Program-made: the position numbers and the translations under genes
Notes under the pieces: model-generated
Database searches by the model: none
What the model saw: the letters and a program-made list of their open reading frames with translations, nothing else
Told to the model about the DNA's origin: nothing
From: Octopus bimaculoides
Taxonomy: Eukaryota
DNA length: 59,134 nt
Direction: 5' to 3'
Assembly (NCBI RefSeq): GCF_001194135.2
Contig: NC_068988.1
Location: 12,610,794 to 12,669,927, forward strand
Shown here: positions 26,160-39,580 of the stretch, in pieces
How the letters are laid out: each line of letters begins with the position of its first letter
How positions within the stretch are numbered: the stretch's first letter is position 1

Positions 26160-28138
26160 TTAAAGCTATTACATGATGTCAAGACAAGGAGACACAAACG
26201 TACACAGACATTATGAATGACTTTGATGGATGGAAATTGTGTGGAAGTTCACCCTGTGTGTTTTTGTATCTGTGAGTGTTACTACCAACACCACTTGACA
26301 ACCGGTGTTACTTTATTTACATCCCCAGAGCTAAATGGTTCTGTAAAAGAGACCAATAGAATAAGTACCAGACTTTAAATTACATAAGTACTGCGGTCCA
26401 ATGACTGAAACAAGTAGAAGACAATGGATGAAGATGCGAATTTCTAGTCTTTATACACCTATCAAACCGACAGAGTGAAAATAAATATAAACACTAACAA
26501 AACAAAAATATTGTTTTTAATAAGAAAATAAAGACAGAAGTAAAAAAAAAATGTTTTCTCAAGCAGCAAAGCAGTTTGAAAATAAATAATAAAGCAGTTT
26601 TAAAATAAATAAATAACCAAGGTTAAATTAAAAAACAAGAACAAAAAAGTAAACTTTGCTGAATTGTAATCAATAGAGCTAATGGGATAAACATTCAATG
26701 TTTAAGCAGGAGTTATTTAATACACCCAATAAATAAATAAATAAATTACACAGACATATTGTGCCCAAAGCATTTCTAGAGATCGTGCTCTCAAAAAGAA
26801 AAAAATTCACTGCCTCTAACTTCCTTTGAGACTAATCTACCATCATTACTACCAAGTTGAAAGCAGCTGCTGCAGGTAACTTAGCTTAATAAGCAATCAG
26901 ACAAGTAGTCAATAAATAGATAGATAATTCATTTTCTTTATAATCAGCGCAGCTCTGTATTCATAGGCAAGAAGGCATAGTTTCTCAACAGCTCAATCCA
27001 CCAAACTGTAAGTCAATACCGAAGAGAGGAGGAATAGCTTGCTGTTGTAAGTAATGGCAAATCTTTTGCTAATACAAAGTGCTTAGTTTGGATATTTCCA
27101 TAGTGTCAGCTATGGCAGAAACACTAAAGCAATATGACCTACTTTCGATTCTATGACATCTGCTCTAAAAAGTGGATTATTGTTGCCCAATTTATCCAAG
27201 TCATTGAGAAAAACAGAAACAATAGACTGACATTTGAGAACTAAAAATAGAATCAGGCATGGTTTTCTTGTGGTATCTTTAACCAACTAGTCATGTAATA
27301 GCTGTAAAAAAGTGTCACTGTCATACGAGCAGTGTTGTTCATTTTCAGCCTTCTGTGAAAACAAGCTTGGCCTTGGGGAAATACTAACTTACTTGGAAAT
27401 CAGTAAGGATCGGTGATAAAAAGGGCATTCAGCCATAAAAAATTTACTTCAACAAAATCTGTCTGATCTATGCAAGTATGGAAAAGTGGACATTAAAATG
27501 ACGATGACGATGATGATGATGGGGAGGGGAAGAACTCATGACCCTTCACTTCCTGACTTCCAAACTACTCGGAGAGAAAGAGGAAGTCATCCTCAAACTG
27601 GAGGACCTAACTCCAAACGCATGCAACAGAGTGAACTCTACTAAAGGCACCCAAGGGACCAATTATAACCATTGTGGTTGTATGTTAACGAACTAAAACA
27701 GCACAACATTGCCATAGCTGTTGACCACAGAAACAATACACATGCACCATATGACTTTTAATCATGTTTGGAGTCTTTTGGGGGTTTTTTTTTTTGTCGC
27801 TTCTTTTATTTTTTTTTGTTTTTTGTTATTTGCTCATTCTAGACAAAAGGATAGTGCCCATGACCCCTCAGGTTAGTGAGCTTGATGCAGTTAATGGTTC
27901 TGTTTAAACTGTTGCAGGTAAATACCCGTAAAAAAGACATGAGAGAGATTTCCAAAGGGATGACATTCCGGAGAGGAAGGAGTTGAAATAATAGAAGAAG
28001 AAATGAGTGACGGTGAGAGTGGCTAGAACCCAATCAGCACTGCCTTTGTTTGTAAATGAGACATTTGATTGATGAACCACAGCAGTACCAATCCAGCTGT
28101 TAACTAGAACAAAAGAAATGAAGATTCAGATAACTTAC

Positions 28139-28231
28139 CTTAATAATGGGGGATGTGAGAAGCCCCCAGCAGAAGAATTCTAAAAATATAATCACTAAGG
28201 CATGGTATATACTAGGCTGCCGTAATCCAGA
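28139..28231 (-). CDS. MFSD14A: HIAT1/MFSD14-family MFS transporter, coding exon encoding TM1 (93 nt, phase 0/0)
   Basis: Minus strand reads tttttgcag|TCTGGA...ATTAAG|gtaagt and translates as SGLRQPSIYHALVIIFLEFFCWGLLTSPIIK, matching the family N-terminal motif PSVYHAVIVIFLEFFAWGLLT. Not in the ORF track. Paralogue A versus B cannot be resolved here. Confidence 0.93.
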
Positions 28232-30843
28232 CTGCAAAAACAAAAAGAGACAAAGTCAGAAAGTCTTTAAAAACAACAACAAAATATTGGTTTACAATTC
28301 TGGTACAGGGCCAACAATTTTGGGGAAGGGGTTATGTCTATTGCATCGATCCCCAGTGCTTAACTGGTATTTATTTTATTGACTTCAAATAGAATGAAAG
28401 GTAAAATCAACCTTAGCAGAATTTGAACTCAGAACACAAGCACAGACAAAATGCCACTAAGCACTTTTCCCAGCATGCTAATTCTACCAGGTTGCCATTT
28501 TAAGCAACAGTAGAATATTAAGAAGAATGCTTGAAGAAACAGACTGATTCGTAACCATATTTATAAAGAAAATCTGTCTGGGTGCTTTAATTAATTTTGG
28601 GGGAAAAAAATAATCAAGTATTTATTTGGATGAATTTAATACAATAATTAACATTTTAATTAATAAGTTGGTGATTGCAAAATATTTTAACAACATATTC
28701 TTAAATAGAATTATAAAGACAGAGTTAATTTAAATATGAGCACTTCAAGTTGGACAGTTTTATATCCTGCCTCAGGTTTCTTATTAACTAGGTTAATTGA
28801 TACCAATATCTCATAAGTACACATTTTATTGATTTTTATTGTTTTCTTTCATTAACAGAATCTTTCTTTATTGATAGGATCAGCTGAATGTTGAACAAAA
28901 TACCTTGTGGTAGTTTGGTAATTTGCTATGTCTTTTCATGCTCTGAACTCAAATCTTGCCTGATCTACTTTGCTTTTCATCTTTTCCAAACCCAATGATG
29001 AAAGGCAAAGCTGACCTCAGCAGGACTTGAACTCAGAATATTAAATAAATAAATAAATAAATAAATACTGCAGTGCATTTTGTAAGACACTAACGAAGCT
29101 ACCAATAATAATTGAAATAAAGCTAATTTTCATAAAGAGAACAGTGTAGAAATTCGAAAAGATTCTTTTATTTTTGTTGGAGAGTACTTATTTTATTGAC
29201 CCCAGAACGATAGAAGGCAATGCCAACTCAAGTGGTATTTGAACTCAAACATAGTGGACTTAAAGCTACATTATTCAATGTCATTTAGTTCAGTGTGCTA
29301 CTGCCAAATCATTGCCTTTACCTATAACATCATTATCAAACTTTGGTACCAAGTCACAGAAATACACAGAAGAGGTATGACTGACTACATTAATACCAGT
29401 ACAATATTTACTAGAGTAACTTTGCAGGAATGGAAACCAAAGTGAAACCCTGGTAGAATTTTACCTCGGAATACAAGGGCAGATTACTGAATGCCACAAG
29501 CCATTTGGTCAAACACACCATCAATCTTCTTTCACCCTTACTTATAATATTGTTTTCTTACACAAGCACAACTGTATGATACTCATATCCTTCCAAAAAG
29601 CATCAACAGATTCAGTGCAATACGCAACTGGTACTTAATTTATCGCCGCCTTGCCAAACAGGCAAATATTGTGGTAGAATCAGTATAGTACTTGAGACAC
29701 CAGCAGCTCTTCTTTGAATACAACATATATTGAAAATATAACTGAGTTTCATATTTTTCAACAATAATCCAACACCTGTGAGTTGACAGCTATTGACCGT
29801 TTGTCTCTAAGTGGGGTGGGTTTAACTAACAATGCATAAAGGTACTGCTAAGTCTGTCACATTTTCAAAACTAACATTCAACAGGTTTGGCACATTGATA
29901 TAAAATTAAAAAGGAAAAAAATTAACTCAGAGGTGGACAGCAGATTAGCACATGAGATGTGGGGGAAGCAAAGAAGAAAAGTTTGCATGCCATCATTGAA
30001 ACATCAAAAAGTACTTGTCTATTTGATTACAGTTTTCTATATTGCATAGCCAACCATAAGACTATAAAACTGATACTTAGCAAATGCAGACCCAGAATGG
30101 TTATGAGACGTTTTGGCATTGCCATTTCTGCCCTGCCTATTTACCATTGCTGATGCAATGCTAATTTATTTGATATCAGGCGTTTTGTCCCCCAGAACCT
30201 TTCAGCACCATGAAAATTTTTATTTTAATTCTAGTTAATTACTAAAACTGACTAACCTGTTACCACAACTACTATAAACAACTTGGCTACTAAACTTTGT
30301 TTTAACTTTCATTAGCCATCATATACATAAAAATGAAGCAGAAAGTGTTCACATCAATCGGCTTCAATTAATAAATAATCATCTCTCTCTTTCTCTCTCT
30401 CTCTGAGTACATTTATTTATGCACGTGATACAAATAATAACAATAATGTTATGTTACAGCAAATCATAACATTATTGTGAAGTAGAAAGTGTTTATGTCA
30501 ATTGGTTTCAATTAATAAATTGTAATCTCATAATCCCTCTCTCTTTCTCTCTCTCTCTCTCTCTCTGTACATTTCTTCGTGGACGTGTGTGTGTGTATTT
30601 TCCTCAAGTGCCAAAAAGTACCGTTGCCAAAACTGGTTCAATGTCCAGTCAGCCATGCCAAAACACCAGTATCCAAACAGCCATGCCTGGTCATCTCATT
30701 CTGCTCCAGAATGACAGAATGATGGTTAACTTAAATGATGGTTAACTTAAAACATCTAGAAATGTAACTAAACACTAATAAACCTTCAATCTAGCGGCAG
30801 CAATCTACTGTTCCTGCAACTCAACAATTAGTCAAGATTATGA

Positions 30844-30876
<33 letters not shown>

Positions 30877-31976
30877 CTTGCAATATTTATTATAGTATAA
30901 TATTAGAAACTGTGTTTCTTAAACACATGATAGTAACAAAACATTGAAATTAGTACAAAAGGAGCTTTAACTCTGCAATGCATGCCTTGAAATTTTACAA
31001 AACAAAAACACAAAAAAAAAACCTTTACATCATCTTTTTTATATTAGTTTTTCTATGCTTGCATTGGGTGGATGGATCTTCCCCATCACATCATCTTGCC
31101 ATTTGTTACAGTCCTTTGTCATCTCCTTAATGACATTTGACCCCTCCCCCTATTTTTTTCAGATGTTCTAGCAATTCTGCCAACCCAGCATCCTTTGGTT
31201 TGGATTTCTACAGAGCCAGGAATTTTGAAGGAAAGCCAACACCTTCAGCCTCACTACTTGATGGGTACTTATTCTGGAGGGATTAAAGACAAAGCTGAAC
31301 TCAGTACACAGAGAGCAGGGATACAGCAAGGCATCTTTCTGATGTTCTAACAATTCTGCCAGCTCACCACCTAAATAATAATGATGACGACGATGATGAT
31401 GATGTTTTTAACATAGGCACAAAGCCACAAATTTGAGAGAAGGGGAGCAGTCAATTGACCCCAGTAGATAATATCACCCATCACCTTTGCTAGAATTGAT
31501 CCTAAATCTGTATTTATCTAGGTATGCAAACACCTTGAGGACAGTTGACCTTTGGCATTAGGAAAGGCATCCAGACATAGAAACCATGCCAAAACGGACA
31601 ACTGGAACTTGGTGCAGCTCTCCAGCCTGCCAACTGTTGTCAAATCATCCAACTCATGCCAGCATGGAAAACAGACACTATAGTCACTTCTACAATGAAG
31701 TAGAGTATCAAAGATCAGATCATAATGGCTGGTTCAATACAAACTAACTTTTGGAGAAGTAAGCAAAATATAGCACACACACAGACACACACACATGCAT
31801 AGATATATGGCAGCCTTAATTCAGCCTACAAAAACCACTCACAAGGCTTCGGGGCCAATCCATGGCTATAGTAAACTGAACCCAAAAGTGCTTGCTGGGG
31901 AGGCAAACTTCTCAAACACACAGCCATTCCTACATGAGAAAGTCTGAAAGTAAGTTGGGAGTGAGACAACACTTAC

Positions 31977-32172
31977 CTCCTTATCTAAGGTAATATGCTT
32001 CTCCCTTCTTTTTATTTTTTTAATTTTTTTGCACAATCTTACATAACTACATAACCAATTTTTTTTTGTTTCTTTTTTACTTTTGTGAATTTTGCATTTT
32101 GTCTTTTAACCGCATCTTTCTCTCTCACTTGAGATTAAAATGTTAATCGATGCCCCCACCACCACTGGCAAC
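31977..32172 (-). other. Candidate upstream exon of the HIAT1-like gene (196 nt), probably carrying the basic N-terminus
   Basis: Strong splice sites: ttatttttctcag|GTTGCC and GATAAGGAG|gtaagt. The last 129 nt are open in the frame that splices to the 28231 exon (...SKKETKKNWLCSYVRLCKKIKKIKRREKHITLDKE), but that frame has no ATG. Confidence 0.55.
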
Positions 32173-33411
32173 CTGAGAAAAATAACTCTGGCTGCAGATC
32201 TAATAATAGAAGGCTAGTAATGAGATAATGAGATGTTTCTTGATTCATGCTAACAATCAAAAGATATCACACATACATAAATCAGATCTTTGATAGAGCC
32301 AACTCAACAACAGTTACTACTACTACTACTACTACTAGTTGTTAGTCATACATTATTGGCAGATTACTGAATTTAATCAAAATACATAAAAATAAATAAA
32401 GTAATTCTTTTATCATACTGCCGAAGGTAAAGAACTATAGTCTACAGCCATTCTGTACAATGGTCGAGTCGCAGCTAGTACTCCACTAACTACACCACCA
32501 GCCATATATTGAAAGTAATACAAAGATTAATAGACAGAGCAGCTATTCAGACCATATGAAGAATCAAAGATGGCATTCTCCCACTCAAATGTATAGTTTA
32601 TTATTGCGTGTGTGTACACACACACACACACTCACATAGATATATATATATAATCGAAATAAGAAGACAAAGAAAAATCTTAATACATCTTCAATGACCA
32701 GTTGCAAGTGCTTCTGTACCAATTCTGCTTTCAACGCCAGTTCACACAAAAGTTCTGAGTGAAAGTTTACATAATATTTGCAGTTTTAAACATTAGCGTG
32801 GCACCTTTTCGAAATGCATCAAATACATGCCCTTACATTGTATGCAATGTAAGAGCACACCCTGGGACCTTTGGCATTGATAGCAGGGTGAGCATAGAAA
32901 TAATTGTAACGATCATTAAAGATGTGTTAAAGTCTTTTTATTTGGACTATATTTTAGTTTTTCCTAAACCCACACAAGAACTTTACTGTTGTGACGCCTG
33001 GGTCTTCTACACATGAAGAATTTTGATATTACTTAAGACTAGAATTCAACAGTATAGATAGCCTATAAGCTCAGGTTGAGTGCTACAGTTTGAAAACAGC
33101 TTTGAAAACAGCTATAGCCTCGAGCCGACCGAAGCCTTGTGAGTGGATTTGGTAGACGGAAACTGAAAGAAGCCTGTCGTATATATGTATATATATATAT
33201 GTATGTGTGTATGTGTTTGTCCCCCCAACATCGCTTGACAACCGATGCTGGTGTGTTTATGTCCCCCGTAACTTAGCGGTTCAGCAAAAGAGACCGATAG
33301 AATAAGTACTAGGCTTCCAAAGAATAAGTCCTGGGGCCGATTTGCTAGACTAAAGGCGGTGCTCCAGCATGGCCACAGTCAAAAGACTGAAACAAGTAAA
33401 AGAGTAAAAGA

Positions 33412-33494
<83 letters not shown>

Positions 33495-34598
33495 TATGCA
33501 TATATATGTACATAAATATATAAACATACATAGACGTCATCATTTAACATGCACTTTGCCACGCTTGCATGAGTCACATGGAATTTTCTTAGGCAGATTT
33601 CCAATAACAGGATACTCTTCCTGTCACCAACACGCACTTGCTTTCAAGCATGGTAATATTTTTTCCCATATCCAGAGAAGTTTTTCACAGAAGACTGGAA
33701 ACAAACGTTGCTGCTTGTATGTGTTGCACATATGTACATATACATACATATATAAAATGCACACGCACACATATACATACTCACACACATATACACATAC
33801 TCATACACACACACTTATACATATACATACATACACATATCCGACGGGCTTCTTTCAGTTTCCATCCACCAAATCCACTCACAAGGCTTTGGTCAGCCTG
33901 GGGCTATACTAGAAGAACCATGCCCAAGGTGCCATACAGAGGAACTAAGAATTTAAATTTCCTGTGTGTGTGTGTGCATGCGTGCACATGTGTGCGTGTG
34001 CATGCGTGTATGTGTGAAATACAAAAATATTAAACTACAATTTTAATAGCAACAATTTACAGTAATTACCTTTACTTAAAAGAAAAGAAAAGAAAAGAAA
34101 AAAAGAAATTGTAATGGGACTAAACAAACTTATGGTATTGTATTGTAAAGTTAGGTGAGATAGTATAGTGAATGCTATTATTATGTTGTGTTAACATTTG
34201 AAGTAGAGAGCATCAAAACTTTAATTAGAAATAATTGTGGTGAGGAAAAGACCACATGGGCACAATGACTAATATTATAGTGATTTACAAACAGAAAAAT
34301 TGCCCTCAGGGTGACTAAATGAGATACATTTTTCTTTGGCTGACCTCAATAAATTTTGTGTAACCCAGGCCAGTGTGGAAAAATGAATGTATAAATGATG
34401 ATAGTGAGGATATTAATTTTATTAAAAAACATTTGAGTCAGACAAAACGTAGCTTGTTAAACTCATTGTTTTTATACACACACAGGGCAGACATAGGTGT
34501 ATGGTTAAGAAGCTAACTTCCCAATCATGCGGTCTTGAGTTCAGTCCCACTGCCTGGCACACTGGTCCCTGAAACTGAAAGAATCCTGTCGTGTACAT

Positions 34599-36227
34599 AT
34601 CATCATCATCATCGTTTAACGTCCGCTTTCCATGCTAGCATGGGTTGGACGATTTGACTGAGGACTGGTGCAACCGGATGGCTACACCAGGCTCCAATGT
34701 AATTTGGCAGAGTTTCTACAGCTGGATGCCCTTCCTAACGCCAACCACTCAGAGAGTGTAGTGGGTGCTTTTACGTGTCACCCGCACGAAAACGGCCATG
34801 CTCGAAATGGTGTCTTTTATGTGCCACCCGCACAAGAGCCAGTCCAGGGGCACTGGCAACAATCTCGCTCGAAAACCCTACAAGGCCAGTCAGGCGGTAC
34901 TGANNNNNNNNNNNNNNNNNNNNNNNNNNNNNNNNNNNNNNNNNNNNNNNNNNNNNNNNNNNNNNNNNNNNNNNNNNNNNNNNNNNNNNNNNNNNNNNNN
35001 NNNNNNNNNNNNNNNNNNNNNNNNNNNNNNNNNNNNNNNNNNNNNNNNNNNNNNNNNNNNNNNNNNNNNNNNNNNNNNNNNNNNNNNNNNNNNNNNNNNN
35101 NNNNNNNNNNNNNNNNNNNNNNNNNNNNNNNNNNNNNNNNNNNNNNNNNNNNNNNNNNNNNNNNNNNNNNNNNNNNNNNNNNNNNNNNNNNNNNNNNNNN
35201 NNNNNNNNNNNNNNNNNNNNNNNNNNNNNNNNNNNNNNNNNNNNNNNNNNNNNNNNNNNNNNNNNNNNNNNNNNNNNNNNNNNNNNNNNNNNNNNNNNNN
35301 NNNNNNNNNNNNNNNNNNNNNNNNNNNNNNNNNNNNNNNNNNNNNNNNNNNNNNNNNNNNNNNNNNNNNNNNNNNNNNNNNNNNNNNNNNNNNNNNNNNN
35401 NNNNNNNNNNNNNNNNNNNNNNNNNNNNNNNNNNNNNNNNNNNNNNNNNNNNNNNNNNNNNNNNNNNNNNNNNNNNNNNNNNNNNNNNNNNNNNNNNNNN
35501 NNNNNNNNNNNNNNNNNNNNNNNNNNNNNNNNNNNNNNNNNNNNNNNNNNNNNNNNNNNNNNNNNNNNNNNNNNNNNNNNNNNNNNNNNNNNNNNNNNNN
35601 NNNNNNNNNNNNNNNNNNNNNNNNNNNNNNNNNNNNNNNNNNNNNNNNNNNNNNNNNNNNNNNNNNNNNNNNNNNNNNNNNNNNNNNNNNNNNNNNNNNN
35701 NNNNNNNNNNNNNNNNNNNNNNNNNNNNNNNNNNNNNNNNNNNNNNNNNNNNNNNNNNNNNNNNNNNNNNNNNNNNNNNNNNNNNNNNNNNNNNNNNNNN
35801 NNNNNNNNNNNNNNNNNNNNNNNNNNNNNNNNNNNNNNNNNNNNNNNNNNNNNNNNNNNNNTTTTTCTCCCTGGAATGAGATAGAAGTTGTTTCCTGTTT
35901 GTTTACAGTGTTTATTGCACCTGAACATCTGCCACATACAAAGACTAACTTTGTAGTTAATCTGCCTTTGATATTGCTGCACCTCTTATGTGTCCATAGC
36001 TTGCACCGGGTACATCTTATAGAGTTACTACCTACTCCTTTACTGCATACTGAGCAGGGCCATCTACCTGAAGGGGTTTGTGTTTTATCTACCTTCCTAC
36101 TTATTAGGATTTTGGTTTTTGCTAGGTTGACTCTAAGGCCCTTCGATTCTAGTCCTTGCTTCCACACCTTAAACTTCTCCTCTAGTTCTGATAGTGACTG
36201 CGCAATTAGTGCAAGGTCATCAGCATA
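34599..36227 (-). mobile_element. 5'-truncated RTE-clade LINE starting at the RT YADD motif; spans a gap
   Basis: YADDLALIAQSLSELEEKFKVWKQGLESKGLRVNLAKTK... is open to the gap at 35861; the same 3' tail family lies at 34599-34903. Confidence 0.9.
34904..35861. other. Assembly gap (N)
   Basis: N run inside an RTE element. Confidence 1.
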
Positions 36228-37598
36228 TTTACGTATGTATATATAGGTGTGTGGACCCTTGTCTAGACATCGTGTTATAGTTGTAAACGAGCATCATTCT
36301 CATACAAGCAAGGTTGTTCATTTCTAGTTTTCTGCAAAAAAACATATCTAGCTATGATAAAATATTACCTTGCTTGGAAACAGGTGAGGGTTGGTGGCAG
36401 GAGAACCTGCCATAGAAAATTTGTCTCAACAAATTCGTTTGACCCATGCAAACATGGAAAAGTGGATGCTAAATGATGATATATATGTAAGATGGGCTTC
36501 TTTCAGTTTCCATCTACCAAGTCCGCTCACAAGATTTTGGTCAACCTAAGTTTATAGTAGAATACACTAGCCAAGTGCTGCACAGTGAGACTGAACCTAA
36601 AACCATGGGTTCGGGAAGTAAGGTTCTCAACCATGCAGCCATACCTACACGATGTATAGAAATCAAAAGGATCTTGAAGTTGGCTTCTTTGAAGTGATTT
36701 TGCAGAAGACTGAAACTAAGTCAGACTTCATTTCAGAAGAAAATGATTACCATATTTATCATCATTAAACCATTTATGTCTAAAGTTCTTGGCACAACTG
36801 CAATACGTAACTATTCTAACAGCAATAAAATCATATAACAAAGACCAAAAAATAACTGCTGCAAGCCAAGGGAACCTCTACATGGTACAGTGTTGCTTGA
36901 AATAGCAACCAAAATTCATTCTACCATACCAAAATTTAGAATTAAAACAAATTAAACGGAATGGAAAATATAATCATCATCATCATCGTTTAACGTCTGC
37001 TTTCCATGCTAGCATGGGTTGGACGATTTGACTGAGGACTGACAAGCCAGAAGGCTACACCAGGCTCCAATCTGATCTGGCAGAGTTTCTACAGCTTGAT
37101 GTCCTTCCTAATGCCAACCACTCCGAGAGTGTAGTCAGTGCTTTTACGTGCCACCGGCACAAGGGCCAGTCTGGTGGTACTGGCAAATGTCAGTCAAGTA
37201 CAGGGGTTAATGTAATTGGTTTGCCCATTCCCCTCAAAACTGCAGGCCTTGTGTCAAAAGAATTATTATTATCATTCTACAAGCTGGCAGAATCGTTAGC
37301 ATGCCAGGCAGTATTTCACCTGTTGCTACTTTCTGAGTTCAAATTCCACTTTGGCCAACTTTACTTTTCATCTTTCCAGGGTCAATGAAATAAGTACCAG
37401 TTGAGCAATGAGATTGGTGACTTACACCCCTTCTCCAAAACTGATGGCCTTCTGCCAAAATTTAAAATCATCATCATCATTATTATTATACTATAGGTAG
37501 GATTGTACAACTGCCATTTCTAACAGACTGAGAGGCCTGATAGAGGCTTACTCATAAATAGACTGCATCATTAATGTCAACCACTGGATTTTTTTTTA

Positions 37599-37631
<33 letters not shown>

Positions 37632-39198
37632 TCATAGTTAGCCTAATCAACTTGTCAAATATAGTTATTTCGGTTTGCTAATCAATGACAATCTTTTATC
37701 ATCATTACTATCTTGAGATTAATGTTTCATTTTACATGTTTCCATTTAGCTTTATGTCTGAACAAGTCACAGAAGCTAATACTTTGATATATATCTCTTT
37801 CAACTCAAAACCTTTTGGAGGTTGCTCAATCTTTGCAGAGTCTCAGCCAACATCTCACAATGAATGTAACATATTTAATTCACTTTCTTGAATTATATAT
37901 TCGAAAGCTGATTTTCAAATTCCTAGTAACATACAAAAAGACAACATTCACACATCTTTCTTGCCAGTTGCTGCAGTCCGTCTAACTTTATTGCTAATAA
38001 TTTCATCACACACATACCTCACTTGTGTATTATATATCATTTAAAATGGAGACAAGTCTTCTGTGAAAAAATATGCCTGGCCATGGGGGAAATATTTACC
38101 TTGCTTGGAAACATATGATGGTTGATGACAGAAGGGCATCCAGTCAAAAAACAAAAATCTGCCTCAATAAATTCCATCTGACCCTTGCAAGCATGTAAAG
38201 TGGACGTTAAAACAGTGATGATGGATTGACTCTAGCACAAATAACTAAGTGAAAGCCCCCAACAAGAGATTTCCGGAATAAAGCTTTGTATACCTGTAGA
38301 CATTCATGAACATTAAATATTTAAAATTTGAGCTGGCTGCCATTAGAAATGGATTTATTACAAACCTGAGCTTAAGCAAATCATTAGCTCACCCACCAGC
38401 TGTTACTTACAAATACTAACACTAAAGTATTAGATGAAAAGTGTAGCTCACCAAAAAGACTTAGGCTATCAAACGTGGTTACTACTTTGATATGGAAAAA
38501 TCTGTAGCTTTTTATTGATTTAGGATTAAATTCTCAATTATTACATTCTGCATTATGGTGATTTAAAAAGGAAGAAAAAATAATTGTTTGAATAAATACG
38601 AAAAAAAAAAACTTTAGTGAAATGAGAAATAGTTGTGGCAAAAAGAGAAAAATCATTAAGTCCCAGACATTTTTCAAATTATTTTGTGATAAAAAATAAA
38701 AACTTTTTTAAGTCTCCAACATTTTTCAAATTGTTTTTCTGTCTCATACATTTTAATCAGGTCAATTATAAGCTCAGTAACTTCCTTAACATTGACAATA
38801 ATGTTTTCTCATAATAGCATATGACTGCAAATTTGGTAAAAAGTTGACACTTGATGACACTGACTTCATCATCATCATCATTTTTAACATCCACTTTTCT
38901 ATGCTTGCATGGATCAGACAGACTTTATTGATGCAGTATTCAGCTGGATGACCACCTTAATAATAAACAACTTATTAATAATAATATTAATAAGGCAAAA
39001 GACTTGAAATTTTGGAGGAGGGGACTAGTTGATTTCATCCACCCCAGTACTCAACTGGTACTTATTTCATCAACTCCAAAAGGACGAAATGCTACTAAAC
39101 ATTTCGTCCAGTGTGCTAACAATTCTGCCAGCTCACCACCTTAATGATAATAATAATAATAATAATAATTTTATTATCATTATTATTATTATTATTAT

Positions 39199-39580
39199 AG
39201 ATGTCACACAGTATACAATATTGTGTGGTTGTTGATTGAAGATATTGTGTCTACCAGGGGTTTGAACTGTTTGTCAAGTCATAACAAGGACCTCAACGCA
39301 ATATATGTGCAGTTCCAAGTAATGCCAACTTTTGCAATACACCTAAATTGTAGGGTATCTCTAAGGTTTTCAGATGTTTTTAGATTGGACGGTATTGAAC
39401 CCAATGCTGCAATGACAATAGGGATAACCTTTATGTTTGACTCTCGTAGCTGCCACATCTAAGCAATCTCAATTCTCAAGTCTCCATATTTATCAACTTT
39501 TTCTCTTTCTTTCATGATATGTTGATCTCCTGGCACTGCTACGTCGATTATTAGGCACTCTTGGTTGTCCTTCCTAAAAG
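39199..39580 (-). mobile_element. 3' end of an RLE-type non-LTR retrotransposon (R4/Dong-like), degenerate
   Basis: Minus strand gives KDNQECLIIDVAVPGDQH...EREKVDKYGDLRIEIA*MWQLRESNIKVIPIVIAALGSIP...LQKLALLGTAHILR, a restriction-like endonuclease domain with a stop and a frameshift. Flanked by (TAA)n on both sides. Confidence 0.8.

Noticed and set aside
32685-32750. Possible minus-strand hammerhead relic (GCAACTGGTC); similar weak cases at ~17440-17485, 43040-43100 and 58740-58770
   Set aside because: Too many core mismatches to distinguish from chance.
34070-34074. Apparent 5-nt microexon ttttaag|TAAAG|gtaatt on the minus strand
   Set aside because: The pyrimidine tract is simply an (AAAAG)n microsatellite, and nothing in the gene model requires the exon.
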